DNA of 64,000 nt, from NCBI RefSeq assembly GCF_021869535.1, contig NW_026262593.1, forward strand, positions 5,952,001-6,016,000. Direction: 5' to 3'. Shown here piece by piece: positions 40,067 to 52,279 of this stretch. The notes below the pieces were generated by a model. That model saw only the letters and a list, made by a program, of their open reading frames with translations, was not told the DNA's origin and made no database searches. Both the position numbers and the translations under genes were made by a program. The stretch's first letter is position 1. Each line of letters begins with the position of its first letter. Source of the stretch: Mytilus californianus. Its lineage: Eukaryota.

Positions 40067-40955
40067 GTAACTTTAATTTATCGATCAAGCAACCTAAATA
40101 AGTGTTAAGGAATGTTTAATTTTTTCCCCTCTGTATTTGTGCTTTCTTTGCTCGATTTTGTATGCGTGTATATGTGCTCTTATTTCTCCTATATTCTTTT
40201 TACTCTTGCGCTAACACTATAAATTTACTATCTGTATATCTGTATACTGAACAAAAACCTTATATTACTATTTTCGATTACTAATGAGTTTTCTTAGATG
40301 AGCAATACGCTAATTTATGGACAATTATAATAGAGAAAACGGTAGTATTTCTTATTCCATAGGCGACAATACTAACATTTTCTAAATTTGCCACTTTTTA
40401 TAATAAAAACTTGGACAAAACAGTTATGTGTGGTATTTTATTATTCTGTTTTAGAAATTGAAGTCAAATAGTATCATGGCCATCTTCGAACGGAGCTTGT
40501 TTATGGTATCCATGACCACCGTCATTTTACATCAAATTTCTGAATAATTCTCAAGAAAATATTTCAATGGGTTTCAAAATTTATATTTTAAATATACAGA
40601 CTGCAGTTACTCATGAATTAAAAAAAAACAATTTATCATACCCTTACATCTAATCACAGCGCTCCTAAGTTGACTTCCTTCACCTGCCTTGGGTACACAA
40701 TAGGCCAACCTAAAGCCGGGAAAATACTACTTTTTTCCCTTACTTTTTTCCCTAATAATAAGCCGCAAATACTAATTTAAGAGTCTTTGGTTTGACAGGG
40801 TAGTAACTCGAGACAATGTACGACCTACCGCACTCTAGGCCTAGAGCACTACTACGATACCATATATGTGTTATATACATATGAAATAATGAATTAATGC
40901 ATAATTATAACTGTATAATTGTATAAATACAATTGTGTCAATGCATCTTTTACAG

Positions 40956-41380
40956 CTACTAATTCGCCTGACCAACAAATAAAGGTAGCATTTACAGCAG
41001 CTTTAACACATAATATCAGCCTTGGAGAACTTCAACCTGTTATATATGATAAAGTGATCGCAAACGTCGGAAATGCTTATCACACTGTACATGGTCATTT
41101 TACAGCGCCAGTCAAAGGTGTCTATATTCTGTCAGGTTCCATTTTTAACGTTGAAGGTCATATAATGCATTTGGAAATGGTGAAAAACGGAGTTCAACTT
41201 GTTGCTTTCTTTGGAGATTCAGATGATAATTCCATGGGAAGTCAAACTATCGTTATTGTCCTAGAAGCGAACGATGTTGTGTGGATGAGACATTTTAAAA
41301 CAAAGGGATTTTCTTCAATTGATGGCACAACAGACCAACCAATTAACTCTTTCTCCGGTGCCTTACTTTTTCAACTTTGA
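40956..41380 (+). CDS. C1q-domain-containing protein (C1qDC), globular C1q exon
   Basis: Acceptor cttttacag|, phase 1. Reads VAFTAALT...VIYDKVIANVGNAY...GHFTAPVKGVYILS...LEMVKNG...GSQTIVIVLEANDVVWM...NSFSGALL. AATAAA at ~41455. Confidence 0.93.
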
Positions 41381-42300
41381 TAACTTTTTAGCAAACTTTG
41401 CTTGTTCAAACTAAAATTCAAGAGGACTGCTTACTTTATTTGTAATTCAATATCAATAAAAGTGGCACATAGATATCGATAGAATATACTTTACGCCATA
41501 AACATTAAATCATACATAGATCAGAGGCAGATCCAGGATTTGAGATTTAGGGGACGCAAACAAAGGAGTTTATGATGTTTTTATATATGCCAAAAACAAA
41601 ACTATTATTTTAGATTTTAAGGAAGGCGCTCATTCATTCAAAATTGTTGGAAATCATGATAATAAGTTTGCCTTGCAACAAGCCACTATATACGGACCCC
41701 TCAAAGAGTTGTTTAGAGTAAGTTGCAAAGTCAGTGGCACTTTCGCTACACAATGCACCAGAATTGTGATCGTTATTCATATTTATTCATCCCAATGAGA
41801 CAATCAGACCTCCTTGTGGTTGAATATTATCCCCTCAAACTTTAAAACTGGGACCAATTTCCATGAAGATCCTTCGGAGGGATCAATTGTATTTACTCGT
41901 AACATTTTTTAGGTTGAAACTCATTACTGCCAAAATGAATTGGAATGCAACAGCTTCCACTGTATACATTACGGTATGCCACTGTATCATACGTCATTCT
42001 ATTCAAATACATAAACCGATTCTAATTTGGAAAGCTGAAAGTCTTGTATTGTTTGCAGCTTTCTCTATACCAACTGTGTAACCTCTACAATGATTGTCTA
42101 TTCTTGTCGCATTAATTGATTATTTCTGTAATGGTATACCGAAAATTTCAAACCTTCACAAAGGTTCCAGCCCGCAGACAATAAAAAATTAAAAAGTTAA
42201 CCGTAGTTGACTTTGGCTATATTTTAGGTCCCTTTTGGTGAAAGACCTCCCAATGTTCTACTTATTTATACTTCCCTGGCTTTCAAATATTTAGGTTTGA

Positions 42301-42345
42301 GAGTTATTCCCGATGAAGGTAAATGCAGAAAAGCGTTTCGGCCGC
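42301..42345 (+). ncRNA. Degenerate hammerhead ribozyme remnant
   Basis: CCGATGA-AGGTAAATGCA-GAAA-AGCGTT-TC-GGCCGC. Hammerhead layout with a U4-to-C core change, broken stems I and II and an imperfect palindrome. Confidence 0.55.
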
Positions 42346-43599
42346 ACAAAATTTTGTAAAGTTTTATTTTCATTTCCTTCACGAATCCCGTCCCCTCTTC
42401 CTCTATTGTGACATGAATGAAAGAGACTTATCACCGAAATGGTACTTATGATGAACAACACGACGGTGCCATAGTGTAGAACAGGATCTGCTTATCCTTC
42501 CAAGAGGGTATGGATGGGGTTCTTCACTTCAGTATTCATTAATTTTAAGGTCGTTTTTTCTCTATTTTTTATATCTTTTATCCATTCTTCATATTGTAGC
42601 AACCCATTATTCTTAGTCTTTATTTTTTTTGTCCTATTTTTCTCTATTCTTTATTTCTTTTATCATTGTAGTATTGGCCCATTATTCTGTAAAGCCCATC
42701 CAGATCCTCTTCAAGAGCACATGAGGTGTTGGGGTTCGTGTTGCTAAGTCTTTAGTTTTCTATTTAGTGTTTAGTAGATTTTTGCTTGTCTTTAATTCTT
42801 TTTAGCCGTGATTATGTAGGTCTCTTTTGAACTAATGAGTTTGGATTAGTTATTACTTTGGAATCTTACGCCTCTTCTCCGCTTGTCCAATATAACGTTC
42901 CTTTTCCCATAATGGCGCCAAAAGCACACGACTACAGTTCACAGAAAAGGTAACGTCACAATGCCATTTTTTTATGCCGTCACGGAATTTGAATATGCAT
43001 ATATGTCGGTCGGGGTTTGTCCACATCAAAGAAACTCGTCACTGGGCCGTTGATCGGACTTCTGATAACACACATGTTTAAAGGTGAGTTTATACATACA
43101 TATTCGTCATGAAAAAAAACTCTTTGTTTATTTCGTAAAATTAGTTCAAGTCTCAAGAATACACCTTATCGCTATTTGTCCGCCATTACTGGACATCACA
43201 CAAGTTCCCGTAAAATTTTGACGTCATAATAGAAAATATCTGACGCCACAATGGAAAAGTGATTGTTGTCTGACGTCAAAAGTTCGAGCGGGACTGATTC
43301 TCGGGTCAAGCGGGATTATCGATAAGGTGTATTAAGAGTACATTATTCTGTAGCGATTTTGTCCGATCTGACAAAATGCCACCTGGGTCTCTTTTCACAA
43401 AAAATCCTTCGACAATTATAAATATCAAAGAGGACAAAAAATAATGCTCGTGTTCATATTATCAGAATATGAGATCGTCGCATTAAAAATATTGTCATCA
43501 ACAAATTTAAACATCACCTAATTTGTATTCTTTTCGAATGGTTTTTTGGATGTATAAATACACATCCACGTTCATTTTCTATATAATGATTGCTTTATA

Positions 43600-44462
43600 T
43601 AGATATAAGAAGATGTGGTATGAGTGCCAATGAGACAACTCTCCATCCAATTCAAAATTTATAAAAGTAAACCATTATAGGTCAAAGTACGGTCTTCAAC
43701 ACGGAGCCTTGGCTCACACCGAACAGCAAGCTATAAAGGGCCCCAAAAATTACTAGTGTAAAACCATTCAAACGGGAAAACCAACGGTCTAATCTATATA
43801 AAAAACGAGAAACGAGAAACACTAATGAACCACATCAACAAAAGACAACTACTGACCATCAGATTCCTGACTTAGGACAGGTGCAAACAATTGCAGCGGG
43901 TTTAAACGTTTAAATGGTACCAAACCTTCACCCTTTTTCCTGAAACAATAGTGTAACATCACAACATAGAAAGACACACTATAAAATATCAACTGAAATG
44001 GCTTAACTCAATCAAAGGACATATTAACACCAGTGAACCTACACTGAACAAATAAATTTGACCTATGATACAATGTAAATACAAAATAAATAAACTAAGG
44101 GAAGAATAATAAAAGTAACATGCTATACCGCTATGAAATGTTAAACTTAAGAAAAACAATATGCTCGAACAAAAATATCAGCCATTTGCAATTACTTTAA
44201 ACACCGGTAAATGAAAATAATTTTGTTGTTAGGTATACGTGTACAGTTCAAATAGAGAAAGGAAATATTTTTACAAAATAAATAATTTTGATGTTCATAG
44301 TACGAAGTGAAAATTTAAAGTAATACCAAACACTTATCAAAGCTATATATAATATTATACATATTTATTATAAGGTTAAATCCAAACTATTCTACTACCT
44401 GTCGATACTTTTATTTTTGGCATTGCACAAGTCATGTCTTTTTTGACTGTCCATGGCGTTAA
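43600..44462 (-). mobile_element. Abundant dispersed repeat (AAGATGTGGTATGA.TGCCAATGAGACAACTCTCC family), host of the piggyBac
   Basis: Partial copies at ~8500-8715, 12520-12830, 13085-13185, 25790-26000, 26960-27170, 38880-39280, 46930-47085, 49440-49570, 50250-50385, 53510-54430 and 57265-57470. Part of it is similar to the Penelope-like UTR at 2900-3258. Confidence 0.8.
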
Positions 44463-47400
44463 CCTTTTCGCTGCCAGAATGTTTCAAAAGCCAAAAAGAC
44501 GTTGCTAAATATTACTTCAACAGAGACATTTGCCATTGAAAACCCAATAAAATCGTCAACGTAATTACACACATGGCAAACTTTTTAATTTATCAAGCTA
44601 ATCCAAATGCCTATTGTTGGGTTTATGCACATTTTGGTCGGCATTAAATGATGTTAAAAAAATAAGTAAATAACAAGTGGAATTAATAAATTACAATACG
44701 TGTGCGCCATAGAATATTTGTAAATAGAACAAGATTTGAGGCATCCAAAAACGTTTGAGTGATAAATACAATGTATGTTATGCACCATAATTGATGTTTT
44801 TCTCTTTTTTAAATGTACATATGATTTGGTCAATTTTATTAAAATGGCTTTAAATGTTAAGATAACTTAATGATAAGGGCATAATTAAAATTCTCTACAG
44901 TCTTCGTGTAAGTGAACACAGTACTTATGGAGGCCTTTGTTGCAAAAAATTCATATGGTTCTACTCCTCTTTCTAACACTGTGGCTGTGGATTGAACACA
45001 CGCAACAATCCTTCTCTTTCCTGTCAGTCAAGGTACGTACGGACCGTGCTCGCTGATCTCGTCTTCGTCGTCGAGGTTGTTCACTTCGTATTCCGGACAA
45101 AGATTGCACAATCTCCTGGATGAATCTCAGTCTGGATTTTACGGGTGTGTCCGACGTGTTTTTTTGGTACAAGATAAAGACATTGTGTACAATTCGATGA
45201 AATAAATGGAGAACAACTTTCTTCCAGGGTTTACGGTTTTTTCGATGTCCTCCGTAAGCTTTCATTATGGCATCGGTTGTGTCAACTGTTCCCATATTTT
45301 ATTGTATCCGTTAACGATGCGTGGCCGGCCGGAGGGAAGATGTTGAGTCGGAAATGCAGTACTAAGCATTCGGACCGTTTTTTTTTCCATCAATATCTCT
45401 ATATGCGGCGCATAACATTTTCCCTTTCCTCATGTATACCGAATTATCAGGTGTCAGATTAGCGTTACGAATGGTGTTTGGCATAGGCCGATTCTTTCGA
45501 AGAGTTCCAGAAAAAAGAAAAATTCTATGTCGAAACATTTCCCGATGTAGCATCAGCTATCTATTGACATATATAACTTTAAAAAGTATTATTTAAACGG
45601 CGTACATGTGCCTATCTGAGTAGAGATATTGACTGAAATGCACGTATTATACTTTAAACGAACTGTTTATATATACAAACTTGGTGTATTTTAAAATGAA
45701 AGAATATCTTACCATTCCGGAGTTCCCGAGTTCACCCCAGTTTTTTTTTTACGGGGTCAGTATTTCCGTTTTACTTTCAATGTAAAATTGTTCTTTAATC
45801 TTTATAGTTTGTTCATTATGTCCACGGTTTGTTATTTTCTCTAATTTCTTTTATTTCTGGCGGTTCTATTTTTTTTTTTGTCTGACCTTTTTTTTTCTTA
45901 ATTTGGGGCATTTGTATTACACTAAAACTGACTAAAAATGTCATTACTTCTGTTTCGAAGTTGAAAATACTGATATTAAAAGACCGACAAATTGTGAGAA
46001 CAAATGTCAAGAACATCTGTACACCGATATAAAGTGAACATTCTACATTTAATTTGTTTTACTTAAAATAGCTACCAGTAATATATGTAGTGTTTTGAAG
46101 AAGTCCTGAAGCTAGGTTTTGTGAGCAAAAGAAGCTATCACAAAAGACATGGTAGCCTTTATTCAGAAGATTTGACGCACTCATAAGGTCCATGACAACC
46201 GCTGTAACCTGCAAATGTCCTGCTGGTACTGGATTAAATTGTCGCGCTCTGTAGACAGACATTTGTAAAATGTAACCAGTCGCTAATTCACAAAGCATTC
46301 AAAACTTAATTTCCAAACTTTGCTGCATGAGATGGGATATACTGACTTATTACGTTATGACCTTTGGTTGACTGTAAAGTTTCGTCCACACAAACCTCTT
46401 TTTATTAACAATGAAACGACAGAATTGTTTGTTCATAAAGGACAATAGTGGTTTAAATCTTGAAGCAGGGTCATGGGCTGGGTGCTATCAATAAAAAAAA
46501 TAAAATAAAAACCTTTTGAGATGAAGTTACGCTGTATGTTTATATTATAAATCATAAAGCACCAAGGGAGGATACCTTATACCCTTATCCGGTACTGAAC
46601 TTTTGTTTTCAATTGCTTTAAGTTCCTCTATTAACACTTGAGATTTAGAAAGAACAAATTTAATTTCATACCAGACAAAGAGCAGAAAACAGCTCATCAC
46701 ATAAGGAACAGCGTATGCAAAGATACTTATAGATCGGAAAAAGATATTTTAATTGTTTGGGTTTTTTATTGCTCAAATTAATCATGCTGAGTTGATGACT
46801 TTCTGATAATATAATATTTTTATGTATGTTCCATGCTCTCTGTGAACAGTTTTAAGTTAACAGATAAGCAAAGCTTTTAATCATTACCTCTTCGACTTTA
46901 CTACATGTATAAAGTCTTTGTCAAGTAATTTGTCATTTTGGGATTTTATAGCTGACTATGAGGTATGGGCTTTGCTCATTGTTGAAGGCCGTACGGTGAC
47001 CTATAGTTGTTAACTACTGTGTCATTTTGATCTCATGTTGATAGTTGTTTCATTGGCAATCATACCATATCTTCTTTTTAATATTTACATATTTTACACA
47101 TTGTTTAATTCGTACCTGTCTCGGGATGTTTCTTGAATAGTCTGACACATATAAAAACTTTAGTATGTTCTGAAAACGATTTCTCGACATAACCTTCTTG
47201 AACCAATGGGACGCCTGACTTGGCGTCTATAGATGAATTCCAATATTCTTCTATAGAAGACTTCCTAATCAAACCCATGTTGAATACTATATATATAGCT
47301 ACGAAAGACTTTCTATTTCTGTCAGCGGTCTCCAAGACTTCATTCTGGCATATGTTTTGGCGGTGGCTGCACCTTTTCTTATGAAATTTCTTGCATAACT

Positions 47401-48325
47401 GTACAAAAGGAATGACATATCTTCAGAGTTATATATTCAGAGTACGACCATTTGTTATTCTTTTCGGGCAGTAAGATTTTTGTGCTGATACTTATTTTCA
47501 TCTGTTGCTAAGCATGCTCATATTTTTTCATCCTGTCTTGGGTAAATATATATATTTATTTTTTTCTCTATGTATAACCATTCAAGGATATTCCATTTAT
47601 AAATCCTCATGTCTCCCCTCAAGAAAATCAAATGGTCGTCCCTTATAAATGTTTGTCTTTTTTTCTCAAACTCCAAGATTGTAAAGAAAGAAATCGTGTT
47701 ATTTTCATTTATCTTTCCTAATTGTGTCTCTTCACTTACGTTTTATTTCGCTAACGAAACGAAAGTTTTATTAAATTAATAAACAATATTTGATTACAGT
47801 GAATTGGTTTGTTTATTGCATTGTTCAACATAACAACAATATTGGAGATTTTTTTCTATCAGTACTCTTTTAAACATGGATTTACCTATTTGTTCTTCTG
47901 GCGATTTCTTTGATTATATATATAGTTCAATTGAAAACAGCAAATAGAAATACTTTACTAGTGCTGAATTTGCTGCTGGCATGTTTCGAAGCCCAGGGTT
48001 TGCACAGTTCTGCAGGAAAAGCTTGCACCCATGGATATACGGAAACCATTGCGCTGCTTTTAAATATGACGTCACGAAAAAAGGAAGAATGTAGAGAGAA
48101 AGAAAGAATATTGACAGAATATCATTTATTATGCCTTCAGAATTCAAAATAATATTTTTGTATCATTTACCTTAACCATCGGCCAAATCGGCCCTTGTGC
48201 AGTTAAAGAACACCTAAATCGGCCCGGTGGCAGTTATAGACAACGTCAATTGGCCTTATCGGCCCGATGGCAGTTAAATTTGGTAACGTCAATCGGACCT
48301 AATCGGCCCGTCGGCAATATAAGGG
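44463..48325 (-). mobile_element. Full-length piggyBac transposon (3863 bp)
   Basis: TTAA at 44459-44462 and 48326-48329. Ends CCTTTTCGCTGCC and GGCAATATAAGGG. Subterminal ATCGGCCC...GCAGTTA repeats at 48180-48320. The flanks join to give the uninterrupted repeat seen at ~54290-54380. Confidence 0.9.
44951..48000 (-). pseudogene. PGBD4-like piggyBac transposase, spliced (4 exons), frameshifted
   Basis: YFYLLF...IARRTN|YARNF; MGLIRKSSIEEYW; MSRNRFQNILKFL; HDPASRFKP; EVCVDE; LCELATGY; KGYHVFCD; GTLRKNR; YNKNMGTVD; WKKVVLHL; CCVC. Several stops and frameshifts. Confidence 0.92.
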
Positions 48326-48410
48326 TTAAACACTAAATCCCTGGGATGTGTATTAGTTGATTTTAGTCTCTGATGCATGATTTTTATTATTAATTGTTTT
48401 TAGCTTTTAA

Positions 48411-49000
48411 GGGGGCTCACGGACTATTTTCGCGCCTACTGCGCATAATTACGGTATCCAAGAAGGAAACCGGTCTGTTGTCACAATAATTCATACCTTA
48501 TTATTTAGCGTATTAAATGTAGTTTTGACAAAATAAAACACTTGTTTGTTTATGCTGTAGCTTTAAATACGTTTATTTACATTTATTTTTATCTCCTGGG
48601 TTATTTTGTTATTAAATTTGCTCTTTCGGTTTAAAAATATGTCAACAAGGAAGTCAAAAACGAAAGTAGTTGATGCAGTTTGTTCGATTTGAGATGGTTA
48701 TTGTAGATACAGAAATGATAACCGAAAACGACGGAATCCGATCTATATTTCGGTGTATTTTTATGTCTTTTTTATACTGTTTAACCCACGAAATGGACTA
48801 GCAAAAGTCCTGTGCACACGAAAGTACTCGAGAAAAATGGTACGTAAAATAGATCGGAACAACCGGAACAACCGTAAACTGAATTATAAGCAAAATGTCG
48901 TCTGCTGTAGAAGTATTTCTATATTAAGAAAAGAGCGAGAGAAGTTTGCAGATGTTTACAACATCGGTAACAACTATTTTGTTTTTTTTCAATAATGATA
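48411..49000. mobile_element. Second TTAA-targeted insertion (Kolobok-like left end), right end not found
   Basis: The host repeat stops at TTAA (48407-48410) and is followed by GGGGGCTCACGG. The paralog at ~54240 reads through this TTAA. Confidence 0.45.
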
Positions 49001-49673
49001 TGTGACAGAAACAAGGTCTTGTATAATCTTTTTGGGATTATCATAGACACAATTATATCAATGGAAAAATCATTTTTGATCTGAATATGATGCTGTATAT
49101 TTCTAAATCATAATAAGAAAAACGATATGATGAATATTAAGTAGAAAATAAAGACAATACCATGTCAACAGATAAAAGGTAAAAGTAGATATTAAGCCTA
49201 TTACAAACTACATATGAAACTTAAAATTGATTCACTCGAGCCTACCACGAGATGCAGATAAACTAGAAAGGTCTGGAAGGTGATGGATATTTCAAAACTA
49301 ATGCCATCTGTCATATGTTTTACAACGTCATTTAAAATATTGAAGTAAAGCGTATTCGATGGACGTAATTTACTTGGATAAAAAAAAGGCCAGTTATAGC
49401 TTGGACAAATTGAAAGTATCCGTGGTCATCTAAGTCGAAGTTATTGAACGTTCTTTCAGCTTACTTTTCGTTGTGGACTTTGCTCATTTTTGAAGGCCTT
49501 ACGACGACTTATAATATACACGTCTGTTGGTCTATGGTGTACAGCTTTCCTGGTGGCAGTCATACCAAACTTATTTTGTATTATCTACTTATGATTGAAG
49601 GAATTAGTCATTTATTCATTTGCTTGTTTGATTGTTTTGCTAAATCAATGGAATGTTCTTTTCTAAAAACTAC

Positions 49674-49801
49674 CTGTAAGCCCAAGTATCTATAACCCCT
49701 ACAAAACTGTACACACGTCTTTCGAGTCATATTGGTAACGTGGTTATTCTTATCTAACATTCTGTCAGAGTTATCAATGTAGCAGCCAAGGTATTGAATA
49801 T
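49674..49801 (-). CDS. WSC domain N-terminal half exon
   Basis: tttttag|AT ATT ... TTA CAG|gtagtt. Reads IQYLGCYIDNSDRMLD...NMTRKTCVQFCRGYRYLGLQ, matching the WSC pattern Y.GCY.D...R.L...MT...C...C..Y.Y.GLQ. Confidence 0.85.
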
Positions 49802-50598
49802 CTAAAAAAAAGATCAAATTGCATGGGAATATTTGATTTATATCATTACAAACATTACTATTTCAGTTTGGGGTCGTAACAGCAGACACGGCAGACACGG
49901 CAGTAACTGTACCAATTATTTTCAGGCGTACGGCAAACCGTGTTACTGGAAATCGGAAATACCAAACAGGATATACAGCAAAAGCTGCAAACAAATTTCC
50001 ATATTTACCACAGATGGTATTGAAAGTGCTGCTCAGGTTTTTAGACTTTATCGAACTTAAACTGTCGTATTGCATTTTAATCGATACGGCATTGACTTCA
50101 ATTTATTCATAATAATAATCAATGTTCTTCTACGAATATATAAAAAAAATACTGACTAACTGGCATAATTACACACAAATGAATGTTCATGAGTAGCATG
50201 TAAGATTTCCAACAAAATTTCATTTGCAGCAATATGATGATAGATATAAATAAGAAGATGTATTATGAGTGCCAATGAGACAACTCTCCATCCAAGGCAC
50301 AATTTGTAAAAGTTAACAATTATAGGTCAAAGTACGGCCTTCAAAACGGAGCCTTGGCTCACACCGAACAGCAAGCTATAAAATAGTTATGTGCCCTTGA
50401 GTATAGAGGTTTGAAAATTTTCAGAGCGACAAAAACCGAGAGAAAATCTATATATTGGAGTATTTCTTGTCAAAGTATTAATAGATTGAATTGAACATTT
50501 ATTATATGAGATATCTGTATGCTGAATTCAGTCATCAACAACTTGTGGAAGTGTGTATTTTGAAAATTGAATAACAATCAAAGTGAGTTGATTTAATA

Positions 50599-51433
50599 AT
50601 GAGCAACATGGCCGACCTAGTAAACAAAGATAAACAATCCAAGTTAGATAAATTTATCAACACAAGTCTAGTGCTAAACGTGATCAACCAGCTAGTAGTC
50701 CTGACTTATCTTCTCCTTCTTCGCAACAGGTCGAAAAACAAGCTAAGCTAAAAGAATTTGAAACATCCCCAAATCATGATGATAATGATAATGGTAATGA
50801 TAATCATATTCCACATACTGAGCACATTCTTGCAAAATCCATTGAAAATGAAACAGTATTCAAATTATCAGAAGTGTCTGTGCTACATTAAACAAACAAG
50901 CATTCATCAATACAATAATTCCTATGATAACAGAAAAGATAATGGATTAAGTGAAACCCAAAATAATAGAAATTGTTGATGACCGAATCCAACCATATAT
51001 TGACACGATTACTCAAAACAAAGATGCTCTGATATTGCATGAGGCAGAACTGAAAAAACAAAGCGACGAAATAAAATCCCTAAAATCCAAGCTAGGCAAG
51101 GTAGAATCTAGAATAGAGGAACAAGAGCAATATTCAGGAGAACAAGTTTAAGGTTCCATAATGCGTAACATGGTCTTCAGCAATAAAAACAAACTTAAAA
51201 ACAACCCTGACAAGATTTTTATAGCTGAAAACCTGACGAAACACAGATATGATCTGATAAACAGACTAAATACTCTGCGTAACAAAGAAAAGATACATTC
51301 ATTCTGGACACATGACGGCACAATACTTGCGAAGACAACTGATGTATCCAGCTCGAAAAATGTAAAATCCAGACAAGACATATATAAACTCGGTGGGGAA
51401 GTCCTAGAGGGTGATAACCAAGATGAGGATTAG
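50599..51433 (+). pseudogene. LINE ORF1-like protein (L1-transposase / CR1-L2 ORF1 type), degraded with an internal deletion
   Basis: Coiled coil ending ESRIEEQEQYS, then IFIAENLTKHRYDLINRL...IHSFWTHDGTI. The RRM-like middle is missing. Stops and frameshifts are present. Confidence 0.75.
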
Positions 51434-51609
51434 ACATTCCGTTTCACCAAGTTTCATCTTTTTGTACTAATAAATTCTTTATAAAATTGGGTTGTATTTA
51501 GTAAATTCAGACGATTGTGTCTATTCAGTTTTCTTGTATTTTTGAACTGTATTATCCTGTGTTTTGTTATTGTTTATTATATGACATAGCACGTGGTTCA
51601 GTTTACATA

Positions 51610-51789
51610 CTGTAAATTCAGAAATTATTGCGTGCATTTATTATTGCGATTTTAATTTTTGCGATATTGAGAAAAATCCTGTTAAATTCATATAAAAAAT
51701 TTCAAAATGCGAGTTTAAATTATTGCGATTATAACCCTGTCGCATTTTTCGCAGTAATAAAAACATCGCAATAATTTCTGAATTTACAG
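51610..51789. mobile_element. Tc1/mariner-pogo-type MITE (TA TSD)
   Basis: Perfect 23-bp TIR CTGTAAATTCAGAAATTATTGCG / CGCAATAATTTCTGAATTTACAG flanked by TA. Confidence 0.9.
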
Positions 51790-52279
51790 TACACTGTTGA
51801 GTGTGTAAATACTGTAATAAATGTATGAGTACAGATCTCAGTTTCAAAACTAAGATATACATTCTTTTGTGTTGTTTATTTCACATTCAGGTGTCATGCT
51901 TACTCTAGCGTGATGGATTGTAGTAAATAACTTCTGACCTTAAAATCATAAAAAGTAGACTCCGCCTCTATAATTCCTTTTATCGTTAATCGTAATTGAA
52001 AATACTATAATTTCTGTTTTTTGCATATGATCATCAATAACTTTTATTTATCTCTTCCATAGAAATGCTATTTCTTAGATCATCACGAACTTCTCTCGTT
52101 TAATTCGCAACCACCCCCTTTTTTATGTGTTCAACTTTTACGTTGTTATATCTCAATTTGTACATAGTTATTACAGCATGTAATGCCGTTGATAAACTCA
52201 ATTGTGATCATTCGAAGTGTTATTGTTTGTATTCTTTAAATGTCTTAAAACGGTTCTATTTTTTAATATAAGAATGCTT

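Noticed and set aside
48990-49030. CFC tripeptide as a possible second WSC half exon
   Set aside because: No acceptor, and the downstream C...CGG residues are missing.
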